Of a stretch of DNA of 64,000 bases, positions 38,743 to 51,266 are shown piece after piece; within the stretch, counting starts at the first letter, position 1, and every line of letters begins with the position of its first letter. Source of the DNA: Piromyces finnis finn (lineage: Eukaryota > Fungi > Neocallimastigomycota); the NCBI GenBank assembly GCA_002104945.1, contig MCFH01000006.1, forward strand, positions 1,116,001 through 1,180,000, given 5' to 3'. Under the pieces are notes generated by a model that worked only from the letters and a program-made list of their open reading frames with translations, did no database searches and was not told where the DNA came from. The position numbers and the translations under genes were made by a program.

Positions 38743-38768
38743 CATTCTACATTATTCTACATTTTTCA
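38743..38768 (+). promoter_or_regulatory. Candidate step-type heat-shock element upstream of HSP20 copy 1
   Basis: TTC at 38745, 38755 and 38765 (exact 10-bp phase), ~330 bp upstream of the ATG. Confidence 0.6.
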
Positions 38769-39090
38769 ATAATATACTATTTATTAATGGTATTTTATAA
38801 TAATATAAATAATAATTATAGACCATTATTTTTATCTACCTAAAAAATGATATAAAAAGAGTGTTTTTTCTTAACTATCATTTCCATTATTACTTTATAA
38901 TATTACTTTTATAATATATAAATTATAAGTTATATAAATTATTATATATATATAAAAAAAAATAATAAATTTATAAAATATAAATAATTAAATAATTATA
39001 AATTCAAAAATTCAATTAAATAAATCAAATCATATTTAATAAATTCATTAATTAATAAATTATTATTATTTTAAAAAAAAAAATTCAAAA

Positions 39091-39795
39091 ATGTCTTTAT
39101 ATATTTATTCTCAACCAATTCACTCATTTAAAAATTCATTATTCGATGATTTCAATAATGATCATTTCTTGGATGCTTTGATTCCTGGTTCTACTTATAA
39201 TACTCTTATTCCACCACTTTATCCTTGTCATCGTGGACATCGTAGAAATAGAAATTCATTTGATTATGCCTATAATACTTTAGAAAAACAATTAAATAAA
39301 ATATTTAATGATGATAACAAGTTTTTAACCGACTTCGAACCTAGAATAAATCTTAGTGAAGATGAAAATAATTATTATATTCATGCTGATTTACCAGGAA
39401 TGGCTAAAGATAAAATTAAGATGGAAATTGATGAAGAAAGAACTTTAACAATTTCAGGAGAAAGAGAAAATATCTATAAAAACAATGATGATAATTCTAG
39501 AAAAGAAAAACAAGAAAATGAAAAAGAACAAACTTCAACAACAACAGCAACAACAACAGCAACAATGGATGGAATAGAAATGGAAGAAGATCAAAAAAAT
39601 AACAACAATAATAATAATGACCATAAATATAGTGTAATGGAATGTAGTTATGGTAGTTTCTCTAGATCCTTTACTATTCCAGAAGATGGAAATATCGATA
39701 ATATTCAAGCTAAAATGGAAAATGGAGTATTAGAAATCATCATTAATAAAATTAAAACTCAAAAAAGTCAAACTCGCTCAATTCAAATTCAATGA
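39091..39795 (+). CDS. HSP20: Small heat-shock protein (alpha-crystallin domain), copy 1
   Basis: PRINLSEDENNYYIHADLPG, LTISGER, YGSFSRSFTIP, AKMENGVLEI and C-terminal IQI. Confidence 0.95.
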   Translation: MSLYIYSQPIHSFKNSLFDDFNNDHFLDALIPGSTYNTLIPPLYPCHRGHRRNRNSFDYAYNTLEKQLNKIFNDDNKFLTDFEPRINLSEDENNYYIHADLPGMAKDKIKMEIDEERTLTISGERENIYKNNDDNSRKEKQENEKEQTSTTTATTTATMDGIEMEEDQKNNNNNNNDHKYSVMECSYGSFSRSFTIPEDGNIDNIQAKMENGVLEIIINKIKTQKSQTRSIQIQ

Positions 39796-40270
39796 ATCCA
39801 ATAAATTCATCAAATTCAATTATTATAATATCTTTATTATATTGAATAATAAACAATTAAGCACATAAACTATTCCTATTTATTTATTCATTTGTCTGCT
39901 TTTCTATCATTATATTTATTAAATTAATATTAATTAAATTTATTATTTCATTTATACTATCATAATCATATAATCATATATTAAATATTTAAATATTAAA
40001 ATATTAAAATAATTATTTTTAAATATTATTATTTATTTCTTTTTGTTAAATAAATTTTAATAATTATATAATCCTGTAAATATAAAATAAAAATTAATTT
40101 GAAATAAAATAAAAATAAAAATAAAATGTATCCAAAATAAATTACCAATTTTTTTATTATTATTTTATTATTATTATTATTTTGTGTGTTGTGTGTTTAT
40201 AACAATTTGAATAAAAATGTTTAATTTTTAAAAATATTTAAATATCTAATCTTTATTGAAAATATATATT

Positions 40271-40550
40271 TTAATTTAGGTTAAATGTTTCAATAAATGG
40301 AAAAAACAAAAATAAATTGTATTTTCGTTAATTTAATTAAATATACATTCCAAAATTATAAAATTGTATATAATTCAATCAAGTATCTATTTTATTTTTT
40401 TTTAAAGTTAAACTATCTAATTATTTTTTGTTTAATAATTAAAGTGCTTTGGAAATTCTTTTACTCAAAAATTGATCTATTTCTTTTATTAAAAGTTATC
40501 AGTATTAGTTATTTCATATTGATCATGCTCTAATCAATTCGAAGATGAAT

Positions 40551-40588
<38 letters not shown>

Positions 40589-41120
40589 GTTTATTTATTT
40601 ATTATTAACTTATTTCATATTAAAAAACACATCTTATTAATATTGATAGTAACTTTATTATTATTAATTTATAACTATTCTAGTGTTCTAGTGTTCCTAA
40701 GAAAATTTTAAGATGGTATAAATTAAAACATTTATAAGATAATAATTCTATTTTTATTAATAATAAATTTAAAATTTTTTCAACTAAACTATTAAATTCA
40801 ATAATTCTGATATTTTAACACAAGAATTCTACAAAGAATTTATTTCAACTAAACTTTCTAGATAAACTCAAAATTACATCATTAATAATTATAATCTCAA
40901 ATATTCATTTCATAACACAATAATACAACTAATCTTCAATTCCCAAAAAGTTTGAATTAATTTTTATAAAGAATTAAAAAAATAACATAAACTTTATCAT
41001 ATGGATGAATTTATGAAAAAAAAACAAGAGAGAAATTTGAAAGCTTTATTAATATTATTTAAATAATTTTTGTAATTATTTTAGGAATAAGAAAGAATAT
41101 TTTCATTGATATAAAGAACT
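40271..41120 (+). mobile_element. Decayed, rearranged LINE relic in HSP20 spacer 1-2
   Basis: AGGTTAAATGTTTCAATAAATGGAAAAA matches LINE ~4516; TGATCATGCTCTAATCAATTCGAAGATGAA matches ~2329; GTTCCTAAGAAAATT matches ~2474; GGATGAATTTAT matches ~2768. Confidence 0.75.
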
Positions 41121-41323
41121 AACAAATAAATAATTTTTATTTTCTATGCATCAATTAATAAAGTCAAGGCAATAATGTATTTATTTTAATTAGTATAATT
41201 ATATTCAATTTTAAACTTTAATAAATCTTACTTCTCAGTTTACATTTTACATTTTTATATTTTAATACATTTTATTACATTAATGTTTTTATATTAAATA
41301 AGAAATATAGGAAAAATCTATAT

Positions 41324-41360
41324 TATTCTACATTATTCTACATCACTCTACATTATTCTA
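41324..41360 (+). promoter_or_regulatory. Candidate step-type HSE upstream of HSP20 copy 2
   Basis: TTC at 41326, 41336 and 41356, with CTC at 41346. Confidence 0.55.
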
Positions 41361-41723
41361 AATTTATATATTTTATTAATAATTATGTAATAAAGACTTT
41401 TTCATTTATATTATTGTCTTTGTCTATATTGATATACAAATATAAATCATAATAATAATAATAATAACAAAAAAAGTATATAAAGATAAAAATATTTTTA
41501 AAACTTTTTTTTTTCATCATTACTTTATAATATTACTTTTATAATATATAAATTATAAGTTATATAAATTATTATTATATATAAAAAAAATAAAATAATA
41601 AATTTATAAAAAAATATAAATAATTAAATAATTATAAAATCAAAAATTCAATTAAATAAATCAATCTTATTAATAAATTCATTAATTAATAAATTATTAT
41701 TTTAAAAAAAAAAAAATTCAAAA

Positions 41724-42425
41724 ATGTCTTTATATATTTATTCTCAACCAATTCACTCATTTGAAAATTCATTATTCGATGATTTCAATAATGATCATTT
41801 CGATAATGATCATTTCTTGGATGCTTTGATTCCTGGTTCTACTTATAATACTCTTATTCCATTTTATCCTCGTCGTCGTGGACATCGTAGAAATAGAAAT
41901 TCATTTGATTATGCCTATAATACTTTAGAAAAACAATTAAATAAAATATTTAATGATGATAACAAGTTTTTAACCGACTTCGAACCTAGAATAAATCTTA
42001 GTAAAGATAAAAATAATTATTATATTCATGCTGATTTACCAGGAATGGCTAAAGATAAAATTAAGATGGAAGTTGATGAAGAAAGAACTTTAACAATTTC
42101 AGGAGAAAGAGAAAATATTTATAAAAACAATAATGATAATTCTAGAAAAGAAAAACAAGAAAATGAAAAAGAACAAACTTCAACAACAACAACGATGGAT
42201 GGAATAGAAATGGAAGAAGATCAAAAAAATAACAACAATAATAATAATGGCCATAAATATAGTGTAATGGAATGTAGTTATGGTATTTTCTCTAGATCCT
42301 TTACTATTCCAGAAGATGGAAATATTGATAATATTCAAGCTAAAATGGAAAATGGAGTTTTAGAAATCATCATTAATAAAATTAAAACTCAAAAAAGTCA
42401 AACTCGCTCAATTCAAATTCAATGA
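41724..42425 (+). CDS. HSP20: Small heat-shock protein, copy 2
   Basis: Near-identical to copy 1. Confidence 0.95.
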   Translation: MSLYIYSQPIHSFENSLFDDFNNDHFDNDHFLDALIPGSTYNTLIPFYPRRRGHRRNRNSFDYAYNTLEKQLNKIFNDDNKFLTDFEPRINLSKDKNNYYIHADLPGMAKDKIKMEVDEERTLTISGERENIYKNNNDNSRKEKQENEKEQTSTTTTMDGIEMEEDQKNNNNNNNGHKYSVMECSYGIFSRSFTIPEDGNIDNIQAKMENGVLEIIINKIKTQKSQTRSIQIQ

Positions 42426-43898
42426 ATCCAATAAATTCATCAAATTCAATTATTATAATATCTTTATCATATTGAATAATAAAAATTAACCACATAAACT
42501 ATTCCTATTTATTTATTTATTTTCTATCATTATCTCTATTAAATTAATATTAATTAAATTCATTATTTCATTTTTACTATCATAATCATATAATCATATA
42601 TTAAATATTAAAATATTAAAATATTAAAATAATTATTTTTAAATATGATTATTTATTTCTTTTTGTTTAATAAAATCTAATAATTATAGAATCCTGTAAA
42701 TATAAAATAAAAATTAATTTAAAATAAAATAAAATGTATCCAAAATAAATTACTAATTTTTTTTTTATTATTTTATTATTATTATTATTTTGTGTGTTGT
42801 GTGTTTATAACTATTTGAATAAAATGTTTAATTTTTAAAAATATTTAAATATCTAATCTTTATTGAAAATATATATATTTTAATTTAGGTTAAATGTTTC
42901 AATAAATGGAAAAAATAAAAATAAATTGTATTTTCGTTAATTTAATTAAATATACATTCCAAAATTATAAAAACGTATATAATACAACTTTATCAAAATA
43001 CTTACCCTCTTGGGAACGTGCCTTCATTTATTTAATAAATGTAGTTTCTCAAGGGGGTCTACTCATGCTCATGGTACTGAGAGAGTAGAAAGAATTAAAT
43101 CCAAGTATTGCGCAATGGATGCTTGGTGCCCTCTTAGGAACGTGCCTTCATTTATTTAATAAATGGAGTTTATCAAGGGGGTCTACTCATGCTCATGGTA
43201 CTGAGAGAGTAGAAAGAATTAAATCCAAGCATTGCGCAATGGATGCTTGGTTAGTCTTTAAGGGAAAATTATTAGGACTAAGCTCATGGTACTGAGCGAT
43301 TAAAAAACATTTTATTCATCGAATTTAAGTATTTGATGAATAAGTTGAATGTTTGATACTCAGGTAAGTTTGTATAGTATTTAATTAGAAGAGTAATACA
43401 TTTTGTTGCTGTATTTTTTTCTTTTATTCATGTATTCATGTAGTACTACTCTTCTCTTGTAAGAATCCAATGTAGTCAACTTTAGCATTTGCATTGTATT
43501 TTTATATTCATGTAGCTATTGTTGTATTGTTTCTTGTAAGAGACTGATTCACTCTACATCATGTAAAAATACTATCCACAAGCTTTCTGGTGTCGACATT
43601 CTTGATTCAAATTTTTTACCAATTTAAATATTTAATGAAAAGTAAAGTCAAACAAGTTTAGTGTCAAAAAGCGAATTGAATTTACTAACAACAAACCAAA
43701 ACTAGAATTTTTAAAGAAAATTTACAACTAGAATTCAAAAAAAAAGAAACTTTAAACAAAGCATCGTAACAATTTTTGTTCTATCCAGTACTTTTAAGAA
43801 GAGAGAGAGAGACAGATTTTTTTTCCATATACGTTATATTTATAATTTTTATTAGTATTTATTTTATATTCAATATTTTTTAATTAGAATTAATTATC

Positions 43899-45677
43899 AT
43901 GTCAGTCCTTTATATTAAAGATAAGAATTATATCAGACGTGGTACCCGGTCTTATGGTATCCCCTTAGATGATATTCGCTCCTTCTTTATCCGTGGTATT
44001 CGATCATGGTCAGTAAATATGCTATGGGAAAAACTCGAGGTTATTCTAGAAGATAAATTTAATTCAGTTATTAGTGTTAAATATTTTCAGACTTTCAATG
44101 ATCACTTTTTCTTAGTCAAGGTTCATGGTTCATCGAAAGATTGTATTAAAATCTTACACATGTTAAAGAAGAAACTTTCAGTTACCTCAATTTCCTTTTC
44201 AGCTCGTAGTAGAAGGAATCACAAATACACTTTTTCCACTCTCAAACGTAAAATTTTAGTTTCTAATAAACATCAACATTCTATTCAACAATCATTTCAA
44301 CAATCAGTTCAACAATCTCATCAACAATCCGATCTTCAACAAGATCTTCAACAAGATCTTCAACAAGTTTCCCATCATGAAAATATTCCAGATCTACAGC
44401 AAACACAATTTCAATCTCAACATTCAACAATTAATTCTAATAGTTCTATCAACTCTGATAACAGTTCAATAGTTGATAGTTCTTCAGTTTCACAGCCATC
44501 TAATAATAGTTCTACTTATTCCTCTGATGCATCATCCATTAATAACGATGACTTTAATAATAATAATAATAGCAACGATTCTTCCTCATCCAACAAGCCT
44601 GATAACTTTTCTTTTTGTCTTAGTTGGAACACTAATGGGTGGAATCACGAAAAGAGAGATAGTATTAGCTATTTCACAGCTATTTTCAAACCATTATTTT
44701 TATGTTTCCAAGAAACTGGTAATGGTTCTGGATCGAATACAGATTATCCTTGTCGTGTTACTTTGCGAAACTATAGACACTTTTTCAAGAAAGCTGACGA
44801 ATCAGTTCCGGGAATGAGAGGTTTATATTTAGGTTTTCACAATTCGTGTCAAGCTTCACTTGAAAACTTCTCTGGAAAGTATATTATTTCTATTTATACT
44901 TTTAGTCTCTGGAATAGATTCAAATGCTCGATTGGTAATGTTTATATGCCTCATAGTCATCACAACATCTATGTTGATCATGCAAAGTTAGAAGTTCGCT
45001 TGTGGTTACAAACTCATTCATCCCATCCATCGATTCTTGTTGGTGATTTTAATATGTCTAAAGTAAAATTATCCAACTGGTTATCAACTAATGGATTAGG
45101 AGATTGGGAAATTCTTCCGCTTAGAGGGTCTACTATCTCTTGGACTCGAGGTGATCAATCTTCCGACATTGACCATGCTCTTATCAATTCGAAGATGAAA
45201 GATCTTATTCACTCAGGATCATTTATAAATAATTTTTATCCTGTATCAGACCATAAGCCACTTCTTATTAATGGTAAAATTATTCCTATGGAAGATTTTT
45301 CTAATGACTTTAATGTTCCTAAGAAAATTCTGAAATGGAATAGATTAAAATGTATTGAGGAAAAGGAATCTATTCTCAGTCATAATAAATTCCAAATACT
45401 TTCAGCAAAATTCAACGATCCTAATGTTTCAACAGATGAACTTTCCAAAGAGTTTACTTCAACTGCTTTTTCAATTGCAGACGAGCTCAGTATTACCTCA
45501 GCAAATAATGTTATAAAGTCTTCATTTCATATTTCACAACAAATTTTTAATCTTCAAAAAATCAAAATGAAGTTGTATAAGAGATTTAAAAAAGAAAGAA
45601 TTTATGATATAGATGAATTTATTAAAAGAATTAAAATCTACCGTAAGCTCATTGATTACATCCACAAAAAGATGTAA
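43899..45677 (+). CDS. LINE copy 2 ORF-A (RRM-like domain plus APE endonuclease), open, 592 aa
   Basis: Same APE motifs as copy 1, uninterrupted. Confidence 0.9.
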   Translation: MSVLYIKDKNYIRRGTRSYGIPLDDIRSFFIRGIRSWSVNMLWEKLEVILEDKFNSVISVKYFQTFNDHFFLVKVHGSSKDCIKILHMLKKKLSVTSISFSARSRRNHKYTFSTLKRKILVSNKHQHSIQQSFQQSVQQSHQQSDLQQDLQQDLQQVSHHENIPDLQQTQFQSQHSTINSNSSINSDNSSIVDSSSVSQPSNNSSTYSSDASSINNDDFNNNNNSNDSSSSNKPDNFSFCLSWNTNGWNHEKRDSISYFTAIFKPLFLCFQETGNGSGSNTDYPCRVTLRNYRHFFKKADESVPGMRGLYLGFHNSCQASLENFSGKYIISIYTFSLWNRFKCSIGNVYMPHSHHNIYVDHAKLEVRLWLQTHSSHPSILVGDFNMSKVKLSNWLSTNGLGDWEILPLRGSTISWTRGDQSSDIDHALINSKMKDLIHSGSFINNFYPVSDHKPLLINGKIIPMEDFSNDFNVPKKILKWNRLKCIEEKESILSHNKFQILSAKFNDPNVSTDELSKEFTSTAFSIADELSITSANNVIKSSFHISQQIFNLQKIKMKLYKRFKKERIYDIDEFIKRIKIYRKLIDYIHKKM

Positions 45678-48477
45678 TGAATTTAGGAAACAAGAATATC
45701 TTCATTGGATTAAAACAGGATGTGAGTATATGAAGAGTCATAATCCTAAGAAGGCCTGGAAATGGATCAAGAAAACTGCAAAAATAGGAAAAGATTCTTT
45801 CTTTATTGCTCAACCAATTAAAAATAAAAATGGAGAATTAGTTGTTGCTACAGAAGAACAACTAGAAGTGTGGCATGATCATTTCGAAAAGCTTGCATCA
45901 GATCCAAGTGGTGTAAGTCTTGATTTGGAGCATTGGTATGAAGAACCAATGAATAAACGTTTTTCACTTCCTATGCTTGATGAGTGGGATATCAACCAAG
46001 ATATTAGTATTGATGAAATCAAGTCAGCTATCCTCACTACACCAAATTATAAAGCATCAGGTCCGGATGGTATTCCAATTGAATTTTACAAAGCATTAAT
46101 TCCATCAAGTAATGATTCTAATAATGCTACAGATAATAATTCTTCCGGTAATACCACTTCAGATAATGATGCTCATGGTTTAAATTTTATTCTTAAATTA
46201 TTCAACCGTATTCGGGATGGAGACTTCCCCAACTCATGGAATGAATCCAGTATTGTTTCTATTCCTAAGAAGGGAGATTTGACAGATTGTGATAACTATC
46301 GAGGTATATCACTTATCAATAATGGCATTAAGTTGATTTCCAAAATTGTCACCACTAGAATCTCAGAAAATGGTCTAAAGAATAATTTCATTAGACCTGA
46401 ACAATTTGGTTTTCGAAAAAAGGAAGAAAGTATCAGTCTTTTCATTTCAATCCAAGAAATATGCCGTAGACGTCAATTAGATAATAAAGAGACATATTTG
46501 GCCTTTTTAGATCTCAGGAAAGCATACGATTCAGTCCCAATTGGCAATATTCTCCATAAATTAGATTGTTTAGGAATCCGAGGTAAGAGTTTACAATTTA
46601 TCAAAAATTTATATTTAACATCTAAGGCTAATGTCAAATTAGATGGACAATTCTCGAAATCTTTTGATGTGAAGAAAGGAGTCCGTCAAGGTTGCCCTCT
46701 TTCTCCTATTCTCTTTAATCTCTTTATTAATGATATATTTAAAGAGTGCGAAGATCTAGGAGTCAGTTTAGGTGACACTCGATGCTGTGGTGGACTTTTT
46801 GCAGATGATATAGTTATTTGTGCTCCAACAAGAGGATGCTTAAAAAAGATGCTAAGAAGAGTTAATGAATGGGCATTGTATAATGAAATGGAATTTGGTA
46901 TCTAGAAATGTTCAACGATGGTGATTCGTCCTGAATCAATAGAAAATCAGAACAAGAGAGATCCAACATTTTACTTAGCAGGACAACCCATTCCAACTAC
47001 TGACTGCTACACTTATCTTGGTGTTCCATTTGATAAGAATTTGTCCCTTAAACCAGTAATTAAAGTTCTTAATAACAAGGTTTTGAAAGGACTTTTTTCA
47101 GTCAGTAAATTCTTAAGAAATCCTAATATTCCTATTCCCTTCAAAAAGCTAGTACTTAACTCACAAGTGATTAGCAGAGTTTCATACTTTGCACCATTAC
47201 TTGGATCCAACAAAGCCAGGTCTAGGATTGCTCAGAAGCATGTTAACAAAGGAATACGATGGGTTGCCGGAGTTCATAAAGCTGTATCGTTTATATCTTT
47301 ATACTCTATCTCAAAAGATTTGAATATTCCTCCATTGTCAGCCAAATGTGCGTTAGCTCAGGTTAGATGTTTTAACAAATGGAAAAACTCAAATTGTATT
47401 ATCTCATACCTTGTCAATTACATTCCTAAATTTAGAAAATACACGTGGTGCAAATCAAGTAGGACACTTGATAAAAAACTAAAGAAACATGGAGATGTTA
47501 AAGCAATTAAAAACTTTTATTGGAAAGATCTCAAAGGGAATTCAATCAAAGCGCAATATTATGATGATAATAAATTTATTGAAACTAAAGATTTTATTAA
47601 ATTATGTTATGAATACCCAGAGTTTGCCTATGGCTTCTACTGGCTATTGAAAGCAAGAAGCGGATACAAGTTGGATGCTAGAGTTGCCAAAGCTGCTAAA
47701 TTTGTTGATCCAGTTTGTCCTAACTACTGTCCATGTTGCAAGTGTGGTGTTCAAAGTATTAAACATTGGTTATTAGATTGTCCAACATTTAGAGATATCC
47801 GTATTAAACATTATGATTCCATAGTCCAGCTACTAAATTTTTTCAGTCAACGTAATTCCAATAGTCTTATCAATAATAATGAAAATGTTAATATCAGTAG
47901 AGATAGCAATAACATTAATAGTAATAGTAACAATAGTAGTAATAACAATAGTAATAGTAACAATAGTAATAATAACAATAGTAGTAATAGAAATAGTAAT
48001 AATAACGATAGTAGTTATAGAAATAATAATACTAGTAATGATAGCAATAGTGAAGATAATAATTCTAATTTAGATAGTAATTTAGTTAATGATAGTAATA
48101 GTTCTAATAATCCGGTGAATATTAATGTGTATGATTATTCTAGTGTGTGCAGTAAAATATTTAAATTCCTTCTTGGGGGAAGAAGTTTTAACAATATCAA
48201 TTACAATTCAAGGGAATGGAAAGAACTTTGTAAGCGTCAGATTCAATCTGGTACTAATGAAGGAACACCATTCTTGACGGTAACCGCGGAACTTCTAACC
48301 AAAATCATGCCTTTTGCTATTGGCCAGCAATGGTCAATGTTCAAAAGGTTTGAAGCAACATCCAAGAGCGTCAATGCTGAAGAAACAGTAAGACAGGCCA
48401 GGAGGGCCAGCGCAACCAATGGAGATCATAATTTTGTCCCATTGGAAGTCAAATACAATTATTATACTTTAGTATGA
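45613..48477 (+). pseudogene. LINE copy 2 ORF-B (RT plus CCHC knuckle) with a CAG>TAG nonsense change at 46903
   Basis: ORFs 45613-46905 and 46918-48477 are in the same frame; copy 1 has CAG at this codon. Confidence 0.92.
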
Positions 48478-48646
48478 TAGTGGCTTTCTTACTTTAATTA
48501 AAATTACTAGAATACATTATACCCAATTTTTATTCATTTGTGTTTATTTAAACATATTTTTTTTATTTTTATTTTATTTTAATTTTTATATTTCATGTAT
48601 TATAATTTTAATTAAATTAATAATAAAGCTTAAAATATTTGATGCC

Positions 48647-48679
<33 letters not shown>

Positions 48680-48691
48680 AGCAAAATACTT

Positions 48692-49066
48692 TAAAAAAAC
48701 TGCGAAAAAAAATTTAAAGATAATGATACTAATCAATGTTCAAAAGGTATAAAAAAACAATTAAAGTGGTAATATTAGTAAATAATAGTAATAGTAACAT
48801 TGGTAATAATAATAATTTTAATAATAGTAGTAATAATAGCAGTAAAGTCAATAGTGAAGATAATAATTCTAATTTAAATAGTTATTTAGTTAATAATAGT
48901 AATAATAATAATTCTAATAATATGATGAATATTAGTGTGTATGATTATTCTTTTGTATGCAATAAAATATTTAAATTCCTTCTTGAGTGAAGAAGTTTTA
49001 ATAATATCAATTCCAATTCAAGGGAATAGAAAGAACTTTGCAAGTATCAGATTCAATCTGGCACTG
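48692..49066 (+). mobile_element. Older degenerate LINE fragment (Asn-rich C-terminal region) adjoining copy 2
   Basis: AATAGTGAAGATAATAATTCTAATTT, TTCCTTCTTGAGTGAAGAAG and CAGATTCAATCTGGCACT align to copy 1 ~5180-5390. Confidence 0.85.
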
Positions 49067-49239
49067 TCAAGTCAATAATATATTTATTATAATTAGTATA
49101 ATTATATTCAATTATAAACTTTAATAAATCTTTTTTCTCATTTTACATTTTACATTTTTATATTTTAATACATTTCATTACATTTATTACATTAATGTTT
49201 TCATATTAAATGAGAAATATAAGAAAAATCTATATTATT

Positions 49240-49295
49240 ATTCTACATTATTCTACATTATTCTACATTACTCTACATTACTCTACATTATTCTA
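49240..49295 (+). promoter_or_regulatory. Candidate step-type HSE upstream of HSP20 copy 3
   Basis: TTC at 49241, 49251, 49261 and 49291; CTC at 49271 and 49281. Confidence 0.6.
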
Positions 49296-49383
49296 AATTT
49301 ATATATTTTATTAATAATTATGTAATAAAGACTTTTTCATTTATATTATTGTCTTTGTCTATATTAATATACAAATATAAATC

Positions 49384-49416
<33 letters not shown>

Positions 49417-49692
49417 GTAATAATATTAATAACAAAAAAAGTATATAAAGATTAAAATATTTTCTAAAACTTTTTTTTCATCATTACTTTATAATATTAC
49501 TTTTATAATATATAAATTATAAGATATATAAATTATTATATATATTATATATATATAAAAAAATTAATAATTTTATAAAAAATATATAAATAATTAAATA
49601 ATTATAAAATCAAAAATTCAATTAAATAAATCAAATCATATTTAATAAATTCATTAATTAATAAATTATTTTAAAAAAAAAAAAATTCAAGA

Positions 49693-50397
49693 ATGTCTTT
49701 ATATATTTATTCTCAACCAATTCACTCATTTGAAAATTCATTATTCGATGATTTCAATAATGATCATTTCGATAATGATCATTTCTTGGATGCTTTGATT
49801 CCTGGTTCTACTTATAATACTCTTATTCCACTTTATCCTCGTCGTCATGGACATCGTAGAAATAGAAATTCATTTGATTATGCCTATAATACTTTAGAAA
49901 AACAATTAAATAAAATATTTAATGATGATAACAAGTTTTTAACTGACTTCGAACCTAGAATAAATCTTAGTGAAGATAAAAATAATTATTATATTCATGC
50001 TGATTTACCAGGAATGGCTAAAGATAAAATTAAGATGGAAATTGATGAAGAAAGAACTTTAACAATTTCAGGAGAAAGAGAAAATATTTATAAAAACAAT
50101 AATGATAATTCTAGAAAAGAAAAACAAGAAAATGAAAAAGAACAAACTTCAACAACAACAGCAACAATGGATGGAATAGAAATGGAAGAAGATCAAAAAA
50201 ATAACAACAATAATAATAATGGCCATAAATATAGTGTAATGGAATGTAGTTATGGTAGTTTCTCTAGATCCTTTACTATTCCAGAAGATGGAAATATCGA
50301 TAATATTCAAGCTAAAATGGAAAATGGAGTTTTAGAAATCATCATTAATAAAATTAAAACTCAAAAAAGTCAAACTCGCTCAATTCAAATTCAATGA
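49693..50397 (+). CDS. HSP20: Small heat-shock protein, copy 3
   Basis: Near-identical to the other copies. Confidence 0.95.
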   Translation: MSLYIYSQPIHSFENSLFDDFNNDHFDNDHFLDALIPGSTYNTLIPLYPRRHGHRRNRNSFDYAYNTLEKQLNKIFNDDNKFLTDFEPRINLSEDKNNYYIHADLPGMAKDKIKMEIDEERTLTISGERENIYKNNNDNSRKEKQENEKEQTSTTTATMDGIEMEEDQKNNNNNNNGHKYSVMECSYGSFSRSFTIPEDGNIDNIQAKMENGVLEIIINKIKTQKSQTRSIQIQ

Positions 50398-51266
50398 ATC
50401 CAATAAATTCATTAAATTCAACTATTACAATATGATATATTTATTATATTGTTTATACATAAGCACATAAATGCATAAATACTTCAATTTATTTATATTT
50501 ATTCATATTTATTATTTATATTTATATTCTCTACTATTATTATTTTCAATAAAATTAATTTGTATATACTATCATAAATATTATCAAATATCATTTCATA
50601 TTAAATATTTTTACTTTAAATATGTAGTTTATTAATATAAAAATCATGTAAATAATTATTTAATAAAAATAAATTTTATTAAAAAGATAAAAATTCACAT
50701 ATGTTAATCATTTTTTTTTATTTGTTCATGATATTTATTATATTTTTTTCATTTTAACTAATTAAAAATGTTTCTAATATTTATTTTTTTAAAGCTTTTA
50801 TATATAAAATCTTTTATTTAAAACTTCTTAAATCAAATTAATTCAAAATTCAATATTCAATATAAATTTTAAATTATATTCTTTACTTCTATTATAGAAA
50901 AATATATTAACAATGAAATCTTATTTCCTCTAGTATTTTATTTATTTGCTTATTTATTTTTATTTTTAATCTTTTATTTTTCTATTATACTTATTTTATT
51001 TTTTTTACTTTTAAATTTAGTATACTTTTTTTTATTTTAGTTAAAACTTTTTTTTTATATTTTAATACATTTAATTTTTTTTTGATTTTCTATTATGAAA
51101 ACTTTTTAATCTCTTTTAATTTTAAAATGCTTTATAACTATTTATAATTTAAAACTATAAATGATATGATATCAATTTTTCTATCAAGATCATTTAAAAT
51201 TAAAACTATAATAATTAAATAATTTGCTTTAAATTAAAAAAAATTAGAGTTTATCAATTAAATCAC

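Larger units (their letters stand above)
43004..48677 (+). mobile_element. Near-full-length LINE copy 2 inserted in the HSP20 array
   Basis: 14-bp TSD TTA(T/G)CAAAATACTT at 42990-43003 and 48678-48691; two 124-bp 5' monomers; poly(A) at ~48649-48677. Confidence 0.95.

Noticed and set aside
40297-40533. 78-aa ORF in the HSP20 spacer (and 42906-43088)
   Set aside because: Frameshifted LINE relic; not consistently open in the other units.
42998-43006. ATACTTACC (U1 snRNA 5' end) at the copy 2 5' junction
   Set aside because: It is created by the TSD end plus the first element bases; no further U1 sequence follows.
43004-43126. HDV-like ribozyme in the monomer (P1-like helix, GG, P4-like hairpin)
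   Set aside because: I could not identify P2, P3/L3 or the catalytic C in J4/2, and the element does not start with G. Left as an unknown structure.
45675-45679. TAATG stop-start coupling between ORF-A and ORF-B
   Set aside because: That ATG opens a short -1 frame ORF, not the RT frame.
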